Part shown: positions 28,372 to 40,394 of the stretch, piece after piece
Layout of the letters: every line of letters begins with the position of its first letter
How positions within the stretch are numbered: the stretch's first letter is position 1
Assembly: GCA_902489955.1 (NCBI GenBank)
Contig: CABUBY010000001.1
Span: 1 to 47,210, forward strand
DNA: 47,210 nt
Direction of reading: 5' to 3'
Source: an uncultured Collinsella sp.
GTDB taxonomy: Bacteria > Actinomycetota > Coriobacteriia > Coriobacteriales > Coriobacteriaceae
Position numbers and translations under genes: made by a program
Notes under the pieces: model-generated
Database searches by the model: none
What the model saw: only the letters and a program-made list of their open reading frames with translations
Told to the model about the DNA's origin: nothing

Positions 28372-30189
28372 CTAGTCGAGGTTCTCGCGGAGCCACTTGA
28401 TGGCGCCAGTGGGGTCGCGGGTAAGGTCGATATATTCCTTGCCGCGCGGGGCGAGCAGCTTAATGCCCAGACGATCGGTGTCGGCCTTCATGTCGTTGTA
28501 GTAGCTACGAACCTGCGGGGCGAGCACGATGACGTCGTACTGATCCATGATGGCAGTGTGCTGACCATAGGCGCCTGCGGAGGAAGCGATGTTCTCTCCG
28601 GTCTGCGCAGCACCTTCCTTGATGGCGTTGGCAAGCATGGCAGAGGTGCCGGCGCCGGCGCACAGGACGAGGACCTTCAGACCGTCGACGTCCTTCTTAG
28701 CGGATGCGTCGGCGGCGGGCTCGGGCTGATCGGCGACAGGCTTGCTGTCGGCGGCAGCGGCGGTCGGCTCGACGGAAGCGGTGACAGCGGCGGTCGGCTC
28801 GACGGAAGCGGTGACAGCGGCGGTCTGCTCGACAGCGGGCGCAGGGGCGTTGGCAGCGATGGTGGCAGCACCATCGGATTCGAGACCCAGCTCGGCGGCG
28901 CGCTCGGCCTCCTGGTCGCAGAGCAGCTTATCGTATGCCTTCAAGAACGGCAGGTAGATGATAGCGTCCAGCAAGATGATGATTGCAACAAACACCAGGG
29001 CGATAAGCTGGAAGTTTGTGGTGATGAAGATGCCGATGGGGGCAGGGGTAGCCCAAGGCACCACGAAGGAGAAGCCGTTCATGCCCACATTGTCGATAAA
29101 GAACTTGGCAACACTCACGTTGACGCAGCCGGCGGCAACAAAGGGGATGAGCATGTAGGGGTTAAGGATCATCGGCGCGCCAAAGAGCAGCGGCTCGTTG
29201 ACAGCAAAGGCAACAGGAACAATCGAGGCCTTACCGACGGCTTTGAGCTGCTTGGACTTCATAAAGAGAATCAGCAGAAGCGGCACGATGAACGTAGCGC
29301 CGGTGCCGCCGAACTCACCCACGAGCGACATGTTAAAGGTGAGGGAGTGGGCGGGGTGGCCACCGGCCAGCAGAACCTGCAGGTTCTCGGCCTGGTTGGC
29401 AAGACGGATGGGGTCGATGCCCGGCTGGACAATCGAAGGGCCGTGGACGCCGATGAACCAGAAGAACGCGGTGGCTGCCTGGATAAGGATGAGGCCAGGA
29501 TAGGTTTCTGCCGCAGTGAAGAGCGGGGAGAGCAGCTTGATGAGCAGCTCGGAGAACGGAACGCCCATGAGGTTGCGCACAACCACATCGATGATGCCGC
29601 AGATAATGACAGCGCCGCCAAAGGGGATAATGTCGCGGAAGTTCTGAGCGATGGCGCCCGGGACCTCCTTGGGCAGCTTAATGGTCAGATCGCGCGAGAC
29701 GCAGAATTTGTAGACCCACACGGTGATGAACGCGGCGATATAGGCCGAGAACAGACCGCGCGTACCCATGCTGGTGCAGTCGAAGACCGAAAGCTCGGAG
29801 CCGTTGAACTTGGTGGTGAACTGCGTAACGGCGAGCAAAAGCATACTGCACTGGGCGGCCACCATGGTGGAGCCGTCGTTGAGCACCTTGCCGGCGGGCA
29901 TGCGACGGTTCATGGAAGCCGTAAAGTTCTTGGCAGTGGTGCCGGCAACCATGATGCCCATGACGCCCATGGTGAAGTTGTACAGCTTGTTGCACCAGTC
30001 GATGAGCGGCTGGGGCAGCGTGATACCGACTACGCCGGGAAGGGTGGCAATGAGCAGAAAGATCGAAGAGGTGAGGACGATGGGCATGCACCCAAGGAAT
30101 CCGTCCTTAATAGCCTGGAGGTAGATGTTCCTCGAGATCTTCTCAAAGAACGGCTGATGCTTTTCGAGCATCTTTACGATGGCGTCCAT
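28372..30189 (-). CDS. lacE: PTS lactose-family IICB, paralog 2
   Basis: AIKDGF, GVHGP, AVNEP, Ala/Pro linker and LVLCAGAGTS motifs. Confidence 0.9.
   Translation of the reverse strand: MDAIVKMLEKHQPFFEKISRNIYLQAIKDGFLGCMPIVLTSSIFLLIATLPGVVGITLPQPLIDWCNKLYNFTMGVMGIMVAGTTAKNFTASMNRRMPAGKVLNDGSTMVAAQCSMLLLAVTQFTTKFNGSELSVFDCTSMGTRGLFSAYIAAFITVWVYKFCVSRDLTIKLPKEVPGAIAQNFRDIIPFGGAVIICGIIDVVVRNLMGVPFSELLIKLLSPLFTAAETYPGLILIQAATAFFWFIGVHGPSIVQPGIDPIRLANQAENLQVLLAGGHPAHSLTFNMSLVGEFGGTGATFIVPLLLILFMKSKQLKAVGKASIVPVAFAVNEPLLFGAPMILNPYMLIPFVAAGCVNVSVAKFFIDNVGMNGFSFVVPWATPAPIGIFITTNFQLIALVFVAIIILLDAIIYLPFLKAYDKLLCDQEAERAAELGLESDGAATIAANAPAPAVEQTAAVTASVEPTAAVTASVEPTAAAADSKPVADQPEPAADASAKKDVDGLKVLVLCAGAGTSAMLANAIKEGAAQTGENIASSAGAYGQHTAIMDQYDVIVLAPQVRSYYNDMKADTDRLGIKLLAPRGKEYIDLTRDPTGAIKWLRENLD
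28755..28833 (-). repeat. Intragenic 30-bp tandem repeat in the IIC-IIB linker
   Basis: CAGCGGCGGTCGGCTCGACGGAAGCGGTGA in about 2.6 copies, encoding VEPTAAVTAS. Confidence 0.85.
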
Positions 30190-30290
30190 AGAGCTCCTTT
30201 GCTACTTGATGCGCGATGCATGTGGATGGAACTGGTCGTCGATGGATGGTCAGGACTGCCCGGAAACCTTCCTGCTCAAGGAAGGCATTG

Positions 30291-30333
30291 CGAAATGACA
30301 ACGTTGTCATTTCGTTAATGACAACGTAAGACA
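30291..30333. promoter_or_regulatory. LacI-type operator(s), module 2
   Basis: Perfect 24-bp palindrome CGAAATGACAACGTTGTCATTTCG (30291-30314) plus a partial copy ATGACAACGT just downstream. Confidence 0.8.
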
Positions 30334-30473
30334 TTTTTGGAAGAGCAACAAGGATATACGGGTGAGCGGTCGATATTGTCCGGTAAACGGTTGATTTATC
30401 AGTCAGGCAGGTGGTGTATGCTAGAACGCAAAAAACAAGCGATAGAGAACCGAGTGGAGAAGTAGTGGCAACG

Positions 30474-31475
30474 ATGGACAAGAAAAATGTCTCAATGAAC
30501 GATGTGGCGATTGCCGCGGGTGTTTCTCTCAAGACGGTTTCGCGTGTGATTAACGAGCCCGGTAGCGTGCGAGAGTCGACACGCGATAAGGTCCATTCCG
30601 CAATGGAAGCGCTCGGGTTCCGGGCGAACTTTGCCGCGCGTTCGCTCAAGTTGGGCCGTTACGGGTGCATCGGCGTGGTGCTGTTCCACTTGTCGGGCGG
30701 TGCCGTGGACATGATTGACGGTATCGCAGATGCCGCCGAAGAACGCGGCTTTGCGCTCACGATGATCAAAAAGCGGGCGGGGGAGAAGATGACCCTTGCC
30801 GAAGCGGCGCGTAGGATGTCGCAGCTGCCTGTTGATGGCATGATCTTCAACCTGCGTCAGATGGTCGATGACTTTGATACTTTTGAGGCACCGAAAGACC
30901 TCAAGACGGTGATTATCACACCGATGGAACATCCTACCTGCTCCACCGTCAGTGACGATCAAGAGGGCGGCGCGCGCATGGCGTGCGAGTACTTCTTGAA
31001 TCACGGGCACAAGAACGTGTACTTCGTCTCTGGTAAGAAAGAAGCGCTGTCGAGCCAGTGCCGTATGAAAGGTTGGCGAGCGGCACTCGAGGCGCATGGC
31101 ATTGAGCCGCCCGAGCCTCTGCAAGGCGATTGGAATGCGGATAGTGGCTATGCCGCGGGCCTTGTGCTTGCCGATAAAGCCGATTGCACGGCGGTCCTCG
31201 CTGCTAACGACTGCATGGCAAACGGCGTGATGATGGCTCTACGTGACAAAGGGCTCAGTGTGCCCGACGACGTGTCCGTGATCGGCTTTGATGACGAGCT
31301 TTACAAGACGATTCCCAACTCGATTCTGACGTCGGTGAAGTTCCGTCACCGCGAGCTGGGCGTCCGTGCGCTTAACGAGGTCGTCGCAGGTCTGGAAGCC
31401 CCGAGCTCCAGAAGCCGTACGCTCGTCTCGGGCGTGTTGGTCGAACGTTCCAGCGTAAAGGGCCTGCGGGCGTAG
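30474..31475 (+). CDS. LacI-family transcriptional regulator 1
   Basis: SMNDVAIAAGVSLKTVSRVIN, PN/AN..ARSL, AANDCMA and VPDDVSVIGFDD motifs. Confidence 0.92.
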   Translation: MDKKNVSMNDVAIAAGVSLKTVSRVINEPGSVRESTRDKVHSAMEALGFRANFAARSLKLGRYGCIGVVLFHLSGGAVDMIDGIADAAEERGFALTMIKKRAGEKMTLAEAARRMSQLPVDGMIFNLRQMVDDFDTFEAPKDLKTVIITPMEHPTCSTVSDDQEGGARMACEYFLNHGHKNVYFVSGKKEALSSQCRMKGWRAALEAHGIEPPEPLQGDWNADSGYAAGLVLADKADCTAVLAANDCMANGVMMALRDKGLSVPDDVSVIGFDDELYKTIPNSILTSVKFRHRELGVRALNEVVAGLEAPSSRSRTLVSGVLVERSSVKGLRA

Positions 31476-31492
31476 GGTTTTTCGGCCCGTTC

Positions 31493-31629
31493 GTCTCAAT
31501 CTGTAACAGTTAGGACCGAAAAACTCAGCTAAATATTACAGATTGAGATATTTCTGCTCGGGCGTTCTGTTTGTCTCGATCTGTAACAGCTAGGATCCAA
31601 AAACTCGGCTAGATGTTACAGATTGAGAT
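31493..31629. repeat. 81-bp hairpin-repeat array 3 (2 units)
   Basis: Left arms at 31493, 31573; inverse arms at 31534, 31614. Confidence 0.92.
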
Positions 31630-31652
31630 GAACAGGAGGACGGGTGCGGTCT

Positions 31653-31696
31653 AAACAAAATGGCCCGCGCATCACACATCGATGCACGGGCCATTT
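31653..31696 (-). terminator. Terminator of lacE-3
   Basis: AAATGGCCCGCGCATC...GATGCACGGGCCATTT preceded by an A-run. Confidence 0.75.
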
Positions 31697-31728
31697 ATTG
31701 TCTGCAAGCGGCAGGTGGTGTCAGCGTC

Positions 31729-33489
31729 TTATGCCTCGAGGTTTTCCTCGATCCAGGCGACGGCACCCTTGGGATCCTTAGTGAGGTCGATGTACTGTTT
31801 GCCCTTGGGCGACAGCAGCGTGATGCCCAGGCGGTCGGTGTCGGCCTTCATCTCGTTGTAATAGGTGCGAACCTGCGGAGCCAGGACGATGACGTTGTAC
31901 TGGTCCATGATGGCGTAGTGGCTGCCGTAGGCACCGGCGTTGGCGGTAATGTCGATGCCCAGCTCGTCGGCGCCTTCCTTAAGCGCGTTGGCGAGCAGTG
32001 CAGAGGTGCCGGCGCCAGCGCACAGAACCAGAACCCTCAGATCCTTGCCCTTAAGGGCGGACGGAGCTGCGGAGGCCTCGGTGGCAGAAGCGGTCTCGAC
32101 AACAGGAGCCTCAACGGCGGGGGCGGCAGCGGTCTTGACGGCCTTGGTCTCCTCGGCCTCTTCTTCGGCCAGGGTCTCGGCCTCCTGCTTGCACAGGACG
32201 TTGTCGTAGGCCTTGCAGAACGGGTAGTAGATCAAGAAGTCAACGACCAGCAGGACGACAACCAGGACCAGAGAGATCGGCTGGAAGTTGGTGTCGATGA
32301 AGGTGCCGATCGGTCCGGGGAGTGCCCACGGCATGGCATAGATAAAGCCGTTCATGCCCAAAAAGTCGATGAAGAACTTACCAATGAGGACGTTGGCCAC
32401 GGGGGCAAACAGGAACGGGATCAGGAAGTACGGGTTGAGGATGATGGGCGCGGCGAACAGCAGCGGCTCGTTGACGGCGAACATCACGGGTACGACAGAG
32501 GCTTTGCCGACGGCCTTGAGCTGCTTGGAGCGCATAAAGAGCAGGAAGATGATCGGGACAATGAACGTGGCGCCGGTGCCGCCGAGTTCGCCGATGTAGT
32601 TACCGAAGTTCTCGGTCAGGGCGAGGGCGGGGTGACCGCCGGCCTGCAGCGTGGCGAGGTTGGTGGTGATGTTGCCAAACAGCGCGGCGTTGAGGGCAGG
32701 CTTAACGACCGAGGGGCCGTGGATGCCCATGAACCAGAACAGCGGGATCATGAACCAGATGAGGGCGAGGCCGGCGTAGGAATCGGCAGCGGCGAACAGC
32801 GGGCTCACCAGCGTGGAGATGACGTTGGCAAACGGGACGGCCAAGCAGGTGCGGCAGATAACGTCGATGACGGCGACAAACAGGATGGAGAAGCTGAAGG
32901 CGAAGATGTCGCGGAAGTTCTGGGCGATGGCGCCGGGGACTTCTTTGGGCAGCTTGATGGTGATGTCTCGCTTAATGCAGAAGGCATAGATGTTGACCGT
33001 GGCAAATGCGGCGACAAAGGAGCTCAGCAGGCCCTTGGTGCCCATGTTGTCGGTAAAGAACACCGAGACATCGGCGCCGTCGATCTTGGCACTCGTCTGG
33101 GTAACGGCCAAGATGAGCATAGCGCACATGGCGGCGACCATGGTGCTCGTGGCGTTGATGGCCTTGCCGGCAGGCATGCGGCGGTTCTTGGAGCCGGTCA
33201 GCGCGCTTGCGGTGGTGCCGGCGACCATGATGCCCACGACGCCCATCGTGAAGTTGTAAACCTTGTTGCAGAAGTTCACGACGTCGACGTTCCACCAGTC
33301 GGGCAGCGTAAAGCCGCCGACCGTGGCGACAACGCCCGGCAGGGTCGAAATAAGCAGGAAGACAGAAGAAGACAGGATGATGGGCATTGCTGCCAAAAAG
33401 CCGTCTTTAATGGCCTGAAGGTAGATGTTCTTAGAGACCTTGTCGAAGTACGGCTGACCTTTCTCCAAGAACTTAACGATCGATTCCAT
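31729..33489 (-). CDS. lacE: PTS lactose-family IICB, paralog 3
   Basis: AIKDGF, GIHGP, AVNEP and LVLCAGAGTS motifs. Confidence 0.9.
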   Translation of the reverse strand: MESIVKFLEKGQPYFDKVSKNIYLQAIKDGFLAAMPIILSSSVFLLISTLPGVVATVGGFTLPDWWNVDVVNFCNKVYNFTMGVVGIMVAGTTASALTGSKNRRMPAGKAINATSTMVAAMCAMLILAVTQTSAKIDGADVSVFFTDNMGTKGLLSSFVAAFATVNIYAFCIKRDITIKLPKEVPGAIAQNFRDIFAFSFSILFVAVIDVICRTCLAVPFANVISTLVSPLFAAADSYAGLALIWFMIPLFWFMGIHGPSVVKPALNAALFGNITTNLATLQAGGHPALALTENFGNYIGELGGTGATFIVPIIFLLFMRSKQLKAVGKASVVPVMFAVNEPLLFAAPIILNPYFLIPFLFAPVANVLIGKFFIDFLGMNGFIYAMPWALPGPIGTFIDTNFQPISLVLVVVLLVVDFLIYYPFCKAYDNVLCKQEAETLAEEEAEETKAVKTAAAPAVEAPVVETASATEASAAPSALKGKDLRVLVLCAGAGTSALLANALKEGADELGIDITANAGAYGSHYAIMDQYNVIVLAPQVRTYYNEMKADTDRLGITLLSPKGKQYIDLTKDPKGAVAWIEENLEA

Positions 33490-33665
33490 AGTTCACGCTC
33501 CTCTTTGCATGAAATCTTAATGGCATGGACGTTGAAAACCTATATGGTCTCCCGCTTGCTAAAAGCCCGGGTGCAGGCGGGGTCGGTCCCAGGGGGAGAG
33601 AGGGGAGCGGCTGGGTTTGTATCGCATAGGGCCGCTCCCTTCTCGGGGGAAAGCGAGGCGATGCG

Positions 33666-35114
33666 CTACTGCGCGTCCGCCATAGTGTCGGCGAGCTCCT
33701 TGTACCAGAGTGCCGACTGCTTGATGTAGCGTTTTTGCGTGTCGAAGTCGATGTAGAACAGGCCGTAGCGCTTGTTATAGCCATTGGCCCACGAGAACTG
33801 GTCCTGCAGGCTCCAGATAAAGTAGCCCTGGACGTCGACGCCCTCGGCGCGCGCCTGGAGCACCTTCTCCATGTGCTGGTCGACAAAGTCGATGCGCTCG
33901 GGATCGGCGACGATGCCGTTTGCGTCGGGCTCGGGGTCCTTGTGGCCCAGGCCGTTTTCGGTGATATAGATGACGGGGAGGTTGGGATAGGTGGCGCTGA
34001 TGTGCTTGAGCGTGTCGTAGAGGCCTTGCGGGTAGATGAGCCAATCCCAGTCGGTGGTGGGGATACCCGGCATATCGACCTGCTGCCCGACGCCCTTAAA
34101 CTTAAAGCACGAGGTGCCCTTGTCTCCGGTGCCGTTAAAGCTGTTGGTTGACTCGCCATCGTAGGCGGCGATAAACGCCGACTGATAGTAGTTGAGGCCG
34201 AACATATCGTTGCGGGGCGCCGCCTTGGCGAGCTCCTCCATGTCGCTGTCCTCAACCGTAAGTGTGGCGTTGTTGGCACGCAGAATCTCGTTGATGAGTG
34301 AGAGGGTGCGCGCGGAGTAGTGACCCAGGAAGGCGCCGTCCATGATGAAGTCGGTGTAGAAGGCGTTGTACAGGTCGGCGGCGTGCTGGTCGGCGGGCGA
34401 GTCGGTGGCAGGATATGCCGGCGTCAGGACGTTGACCATGCCAATGCGTCCGCCCAGGTGCTCGGTCTCGTCAAGATCCTTATACAGGTTGACGGCGCGG
34501 GCGTGGGCAACGAGCTCGTTGTGCTGGCTCTGGATGCCGCTCGTCACATCAAAGTGATGGTTGGGCGGGAAGTTGCCTTGGATGTATTGGGAGTGCGAGA
34601 GGCTGATGAGCTCGTTGATGGTGAACCAATTCTTGACCTCGCGGAACTCGCGGAAGCAGAACTCGGCATAGCGCACATAGGCGTCGACGGTCTTGCGGTT
34701 GAGCCAGTCGCCCTGGTTGAACAGGGCGGCGGGGGAGTCAAAGTGATGCAGGGACACATAGGGCTCGACGCCATACTTTTTGCAGCAGGCGAACAGCTCG
34801 TGGTAGTGCTTAACGCCCTCGGCGAGGGGTTCGGCATCGTCGCCGTTGGGGAAGATGCGGGTCCAGGCGATGGACACACGAATGGCGTTGAGTCCATGCT
34901 CGGCAGAAAGGCGGATATCCTCCTCGTAGCGGTTGTAGAAATCACTGGCCGGGTCGGGCAAAAAGCGACCCTGGGCGACAAGGTAATCGTCCCACATGGT
35001 CTTACCCTTGCCTGCCACCTTCGTGGAACCTTCCGTTTGGTACGCGGCGGTTGCGGCGCCCCAAACAAAGCCCTTCGGCAGCTGCTGTACGCGGTTTAGC
35101 AAAGACATATGCAT
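33666..35114 (-). CDS. lacG: GH1 6-phospho-beta-galactosidase paralog 2 (intact)
   Basis: WGAATAAYQTEG, LHHFD, FTINE, ITENG, WSLQDQFSW and KRYGLF motifs; start at 35114 or 35108. Confidence 0.9.
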   Translation of the reverse strand: MHMSLLNRVQQLPKGFVWGAATAAYQTEGSTKVAGKGKTMWDDYLVAQGRFLPDPASDFYNRYEEDIRLSAEHGLNAIRVSIAWTRIFPNGDDAEPLAEGVKHYHELFACCKKYGVEPYVSLHHFDSPAALFNQGDWLNRKTVDAYVRYAEFCFREFREVKNWFTINELISLSHSQYIQGNFPPNHHFDVTSGIQSQHNELVAHARAVNLYKDLDETEHLGGRIGMVNVLTPAYPATDSPADQHAADLYNAFYTDFIMDGAFLGHYSARTLSLINEILRANNATLTVEDSDMEELAKAAPRNDMFGLNYYQSAFIAAYDGESTNSFNGTGDKGTSCFKFKGVGQQVDMPGIPTTDWDWLIYPQGLYDTLKHISATYPNLPVIYITENGLGHKDPEPDANGIVADPERIDFVDQHMEKVLQARAEGVDVQGYFIWSLQDQFSWANGYNKRYGLFYIDFDTQKRYIKQSALWYKELADTMADAQ

Positions 35115-35228
35115 ACATCCTCTCGTCTCGCTGTTCGATATTGTGCGTTTGCGCTCAGGAGGCTCCCTGGTTAGCGCTCAGCGGTGAAAAAGCCCGATAA
35201 ACACTATCTTAAAATGATTAGAACCAAA

Positions 35229-35398
35229 ATGAGCACGTGAACATTTGACAATGAGCACGTTAACATCCGGCTGGGATGTATAGAAACAAAACAACTTCAG
35301 ACAGCTGCGAACGGTTGTATTTGTTCGGTAAGCGGTTTTGATTGACAGAAGTTTTCATGTTGTGGTATATGGCTCGGGTATCATGAGCACGTTATCAA
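35229..35398. promoter_or_regulatory. Divergent promoter region with three LacI-type operators, module 3
   Basis: ATGAGCACGTGAACAT (35229), ATGAGCACGTTAACAT (35251), ATGAGCACGTTATCAA (35383); TTGACA at 35342. Confidence 0.75.
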
Positions 35399-35458
35399 TG
35401 TATGTACGATGCGCCATGGGCGCGGGGAATAGTTGGGAAGCAGGTTAGCGTGGAAGGC

Positions 35459-36487
35459 ATGGATCAGCAGACAAGGAATGGTCGTTCGGCGAGCGCGGCA
35501 GAGGTTGCGGCGCTCGCTGGCGTGAGCCGCCAGACTGTGTCTCGCGTGGTCAACGGTATGCCCAACGTGACGGAAAAGACGCGCAAGCGTGTGCTGGCCG
35601 CCATGGAAGAGCTGGGCTTTCGTCCCAATTTTGCTGGAGCGGCGTTGCGCGGCGGGTCGTATCGTTCTATTGGCCTGTGCATGTACAACATCACACGTGT
35701 CGGTAACCTGGCGACGCTCGAGGGTATCATGCAAGCGGCGCGCGAGCATGATTTTGCCGTCACTATGATCGAGATGGGCGGCGACAAGCCCTATGCACTT
35801 GCCGATGCCTCGCGCCGCATGGTCGAGCGACCCGTCGACGGCATGATTCTCAACATGAACCGCATGGCTCCCGATTTTGAGGAGTTTGTTCCCCAGCCGG
35901 GAGTGCGAACGGTCATCCTGTCCATGTATGCGCATCCGCGCTGCACGACGATCGACTCCGACCAGTATGGTTCGTGCGAGCTGTTGACCAATTATCTGCT
36001 GGAACATGGTCACTCGAATATGCGGTTTGTGGCGGGTCCGGAAAACTCGATTTCCTCGCGTTTTCGTGAGGCCGGTTGGCGCGATACGCTGGGTCGTGCT
36101 CATGTCGATGCCGCTCCGATGCTGCGTGGCGATTGGAGTGCGGACAGTGGGTACGCCATGGGCGAGCGGATTGCGGCCGAGGTGCTTGCCGGCGGGTCGC
36201 AGACGCCGACTGCCGTGCTTGCGGCAAATGACCAGATGGCGCTGGGCGTTATCGCCGCGCTCGAGAACGCGGGCCTGTCCGTGCCCGACGACGTGAGCGT
36301 GGTTGGTATCGACGACGCACTCGAGGGACTTGTTCCTCACAATCGGCTGACGACGCTGCGATTTGATTTGCGCGGTGTCGGTAAGCTTGCGTTTGAGGCG
36401 GCGATTGGAGAGAGCTCGTCTATCGAGGCGATTCATGTGCCGAGCACGCTGGTCGAACGCTCGACTGTTAGGGACATACGGGGTTAG
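35459..36487 (+). CDS. LacI-family transcriptional regulator 2
   Basis: EVAALAGVSRQTVSRVVN, RPNFAG, AANDQMA and VPDDVSVVGIDD motifs. Confidence 0.92.
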   Translation: MDQQTRNGRSASAAEVAALAGVSRQTVSRVVNGMPNVTEKTRKRVLAAMEELGFRPNFAGAALRGGSYRSIGLCMYNITRVGNLATLEGIMQAAREHDFAVTMIEMGGDKPYALADASRRMVERPVDGMILNMNRMAPDFEEFVPQPGVRTVILSMYAHPRCTTIDSDQYGSCELLTNYLLEHGHSNMRFVAGPENSISSRFREAGWRDTLGRAHVDAAPMLRGDWSADSGYAMGERIAAEVLAGGSQTPTAVLAANDQMALGVIAALENAGLSVPDDVSVVGIDDALEGLVPHNRLTTLRFDLRGVGKLAFEAAIGESSSIEAIHVPSTLVERSTVRDIRG

Positions 36488-36501
36488 GTCCTACTCCGTC
36501 T

Positions 36502-36639
36502 GTCTCGATTTGTAACAGGTAGACGGTCAAAAGCGGGCTACGTGTTACAGATTTAGATTCTTCGGAAAGAGCAATCCTGTTCGTCTCAATCTGTAACAGT
36601 TAGGACCCAAAAACTCGGCTAGATGTTACAGATTGAGAC
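36502..36639. repeat. 81-bp hairpin-repeat array 4 (2 units)
   Basis: Left arms at 36502, 36583; inverse arms at 36543, 36624. Confidence 0.92.
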
Positions 36640-36659
36640 AAACGGATCCCGAACCGCCC

Positions 36660-36703
36660 AAAAAGGCCGGGGGCGGCGCGCCGTGTGACGTGCCGCCCCC
36701 GGC
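36660..36703 (-). terminator. Terminator of lacG-3
   Basis: GCCGGGGGCGGCGCG...CGTGCCGCCCCCGGC preceded by A5. Confidence 0.75.
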
Positions 36704-36763
36704 TGAGAAATGGGGACAGGTTATGTGGGCGGTGCAACTCCGCCAACCGCTCGCCGCAAGCCG

Positions 36764-38261
<1,498 letters not shown>

Positions 38262-40037
38262 TTACTTCGAGAGTTGCTCGCTTACGAAGGCGAGAGACTT
38301 ATCGCCGTTCTGGGAGAGCTCGATGTACTGTTTACCGCGGCAAGCGACGCACTTGTTGCCCACGCGCTCGCAGTCCTTCTGCAGGTCGGCCAGGTAGCTG
38401 GCGGCCTGCGGGGCCAGGACGACCAGGTCAAAGTCGGGGAGCATGTCGACGTGGTTGCCATAGGCCTCGGCAGCGGTCTCAAGATTGATGCCGCGCTCTT
38501 TGGCGGCCTTGGCCAGTGCGTTGGCGAGCAGGCCCGAGGTTCCGCCGCCCTGGCAGAGCACGAGCACGCGCTTGCCGTTGAGGTCGCTGGCGGTCGTTGC
38601 CTCGGCAGCGGGTGCTGCAGAAGCGGCGGGGGCATCGGCCTTCACGGCCTCGGCAGCAGCGCCAGCGGCAACGCTCTTGGCGTCAGCCTTGCCCTGGAAG
38701 GCATCGTTGAGCTTGGCAGCCTTCTCGGCGTTCTTGGCGGCGAGCTCCTCCTCGGAAATCTCGGCCTCCTCGGCGCACTTCTGGGCGTCATAGGCACGGA
38801 AGAACGGATAGTACAGAACGAAGTCGACGACCAGGATAAGGGCGAGCATCACAAAGGCGAGCGGCTGGAAGCCCAGGCCCATGATGGTGCCGATGGGGCC
38901 GGGGACGGTCCAGGGCAGGGTGTACATAAAGCCGTTCATGCCCAAGAAGTCGATAAAGATCTTGAGGATCCAGATATTGGCGATCGGGGCAAAGACAAAC
39001 GGGACAAAGAAGACGGGGTTGAGCACGATGGGTGCGGCGAACAACAGCGGTTCGTTGACAGCGAAGCAGACCGGGACGATGGCGGCCTTACCGACAGCGC
39101 GCATCTCCTGAGACTTGGCCAGGAAGCAGAACATAAAGACCAGGACGAGCGTGGCGCCGGTGCCGCCCATGCAGACGACGAAGTACTGGGCACCCTGGGT
39201 CAGAACAGCGGAAGCGTGCTGACCGGCCTGGAACGCAGCCAGGTTGTCGGTCATGTTGGCAACGAGGGCGGCGGCGATGGCAGGCTCGACGATCGAGGGG
39301 CCGTGGACGCCCACGAACCAGAACAGGCTCATGGCGCCGTAGATCACAGCGAGGCCGATGTAGCCGTCGGCAGCGGTGAACAGGGGCTGGAACACCTGGA
39401 TTACGCCCTGGGCAAAGCAGAAGCCAAAGGCAGCGCGGAAGGCGATGTCAAAGACCCAAAAGACGGTGATGCAGACGGAGAAGGGGATGATGTCCTTAAA
39501 GGTCTGCGAGATGTTGGGCGGAACCTGCTCGGGCATCTTGACGGTGATGTTGCGCTTAATGAAGAACTTGTAGATGATGCCGGTCACAAACGCAGCGATG
39601 AAGGCGGTCAGCAGGCCTTTGGAACCAAGGTAGGTGGTGTTGAAGCCGCTGGCGGCGTCCGTGGCGATCGTGTCGCTCGAAAGGAGCAAGAAGCCGATGA
39701 TGGCCGCGCACATGCACGAGATGAAGTTGATCTGGTTGTTCTTGGGCAGGTCGCGGTTCTGCGCGTCGGCGAAGTGCTTGGCCGTGGTGGCGGCGCAGGC
39801 GATGGCCAGGATGCCCATGGAGTAGTTGTAGCACTTCCACAGGGCGTTGTTGATGTCATCGGGCCAGTAGAAACCCCAGATGTTGGGGACCGAGGCTACC
39901 AGGCAGAAGATGGACGAGAAGATGATGATGGGGATGACGGAGATAAAGCCGTCGCGAATCGCCTTGAGATACTTGTTGCGGGCGATCGCGTTGAAAAAGG
40001 GCTGGCCCTTTTCGATGATGGCGATGAGTTGCTCCAT
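38262..40037 (-). CDS. lacE: PTS lactose-family IICB, paralog 4
   Basis: AIRDGF, KMPEQVPP, GVHGPS, AVNEP and LVLCQGGGTSGLLANAL motifs. Confidence 0.92.
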   Translation of the reverse strand: MEQLIAIIEKGQPFFNAIARNKYLKAIRDGFISVIPIIIFSSIFCLVASVPNIWGFYWPDDINNALWKCYNYSMGILAIACAATTAKHFADAQNRDLPKNNQINFISCMCAAIIGFLLLSSDTIATDAASGFNTTYLGSKGLLTAFIAAFVTGIIYKFFIKRNITVKMPEQVPPNISQTFKDIIPFSVCITVFWVFDIAFRAAFGFCFAQGVIQVFQPLFTAADGYIGLAVIYGAMSLFWFVGVHGPSIVEPAIAAALVANMTDNLAAFQAGQHASAVLTQGAQYFVVCMGGTGATLVLVFMFCFLAKSQEMRAVGKAAIVPVCFAVNEPLLFAAPIVLNPVFFVPFVFAPIANIWILKIFIDFLGMNGFMYTLPWTVPGPIGTIMGLGFQPLAFVMLALILVVDFVLYYPFFRAYDAQKCAEEAEISEEELAAKNAEKAAKLNDAFQGKADAKSVAAGAAAEAVKADAPAASAAPAAEATTASDLNGKRVLVLCQGGGTSGLLANALAKAAKERGINLETAAEAYGNHVDMLPDFDLVVLAPQAASYLADLQKDCERVGNKCVACRGKQYIELSQNGDKSLAFVSEQLSK

Positions 40038-40099
40038 GCAATGCTCCTAAGAGTCGGTGGGTTAGCAACGATGGTAGCTTTTGGCGTTCAGTTGCCAAA

Positions 40100-40235
40100 A
40101 TGTTGACGTTGCCATTTTGCGACACAAAAAAAGACACGAACCGGTGGTTCCTGTGCCTGCGAACCGTCGATTCCTTATGCGTAAACGTTTGAGCCGCCCG
40201 GTGGCTCTGTGTTTGCACAATGGCAACGTTAACAT
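40100..40235. promoter_or_regulatory. LacI-type operators, module 4
   Basis: ATGTTGACGTTGCCAT (40100-40115) and the inverse-oriented ATGGCAACGTTAACAT (40220-40235). Confidence 0.75.
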
Positions 40236-40394
40236 TTGGGCGCCAAAAGCCGTTTGGGGAAGCAAAAATGTCGGTGAACGGTAGGTTTTGGGTGGTGAGC
40301 GTATGGTGGGGGAGGCGTTGGATATACTTGAAGGCGTTAAAAATGACTGCGTAGGGTGCCACCAATGGCATCGTCGACATAGAAAGATCGACCT

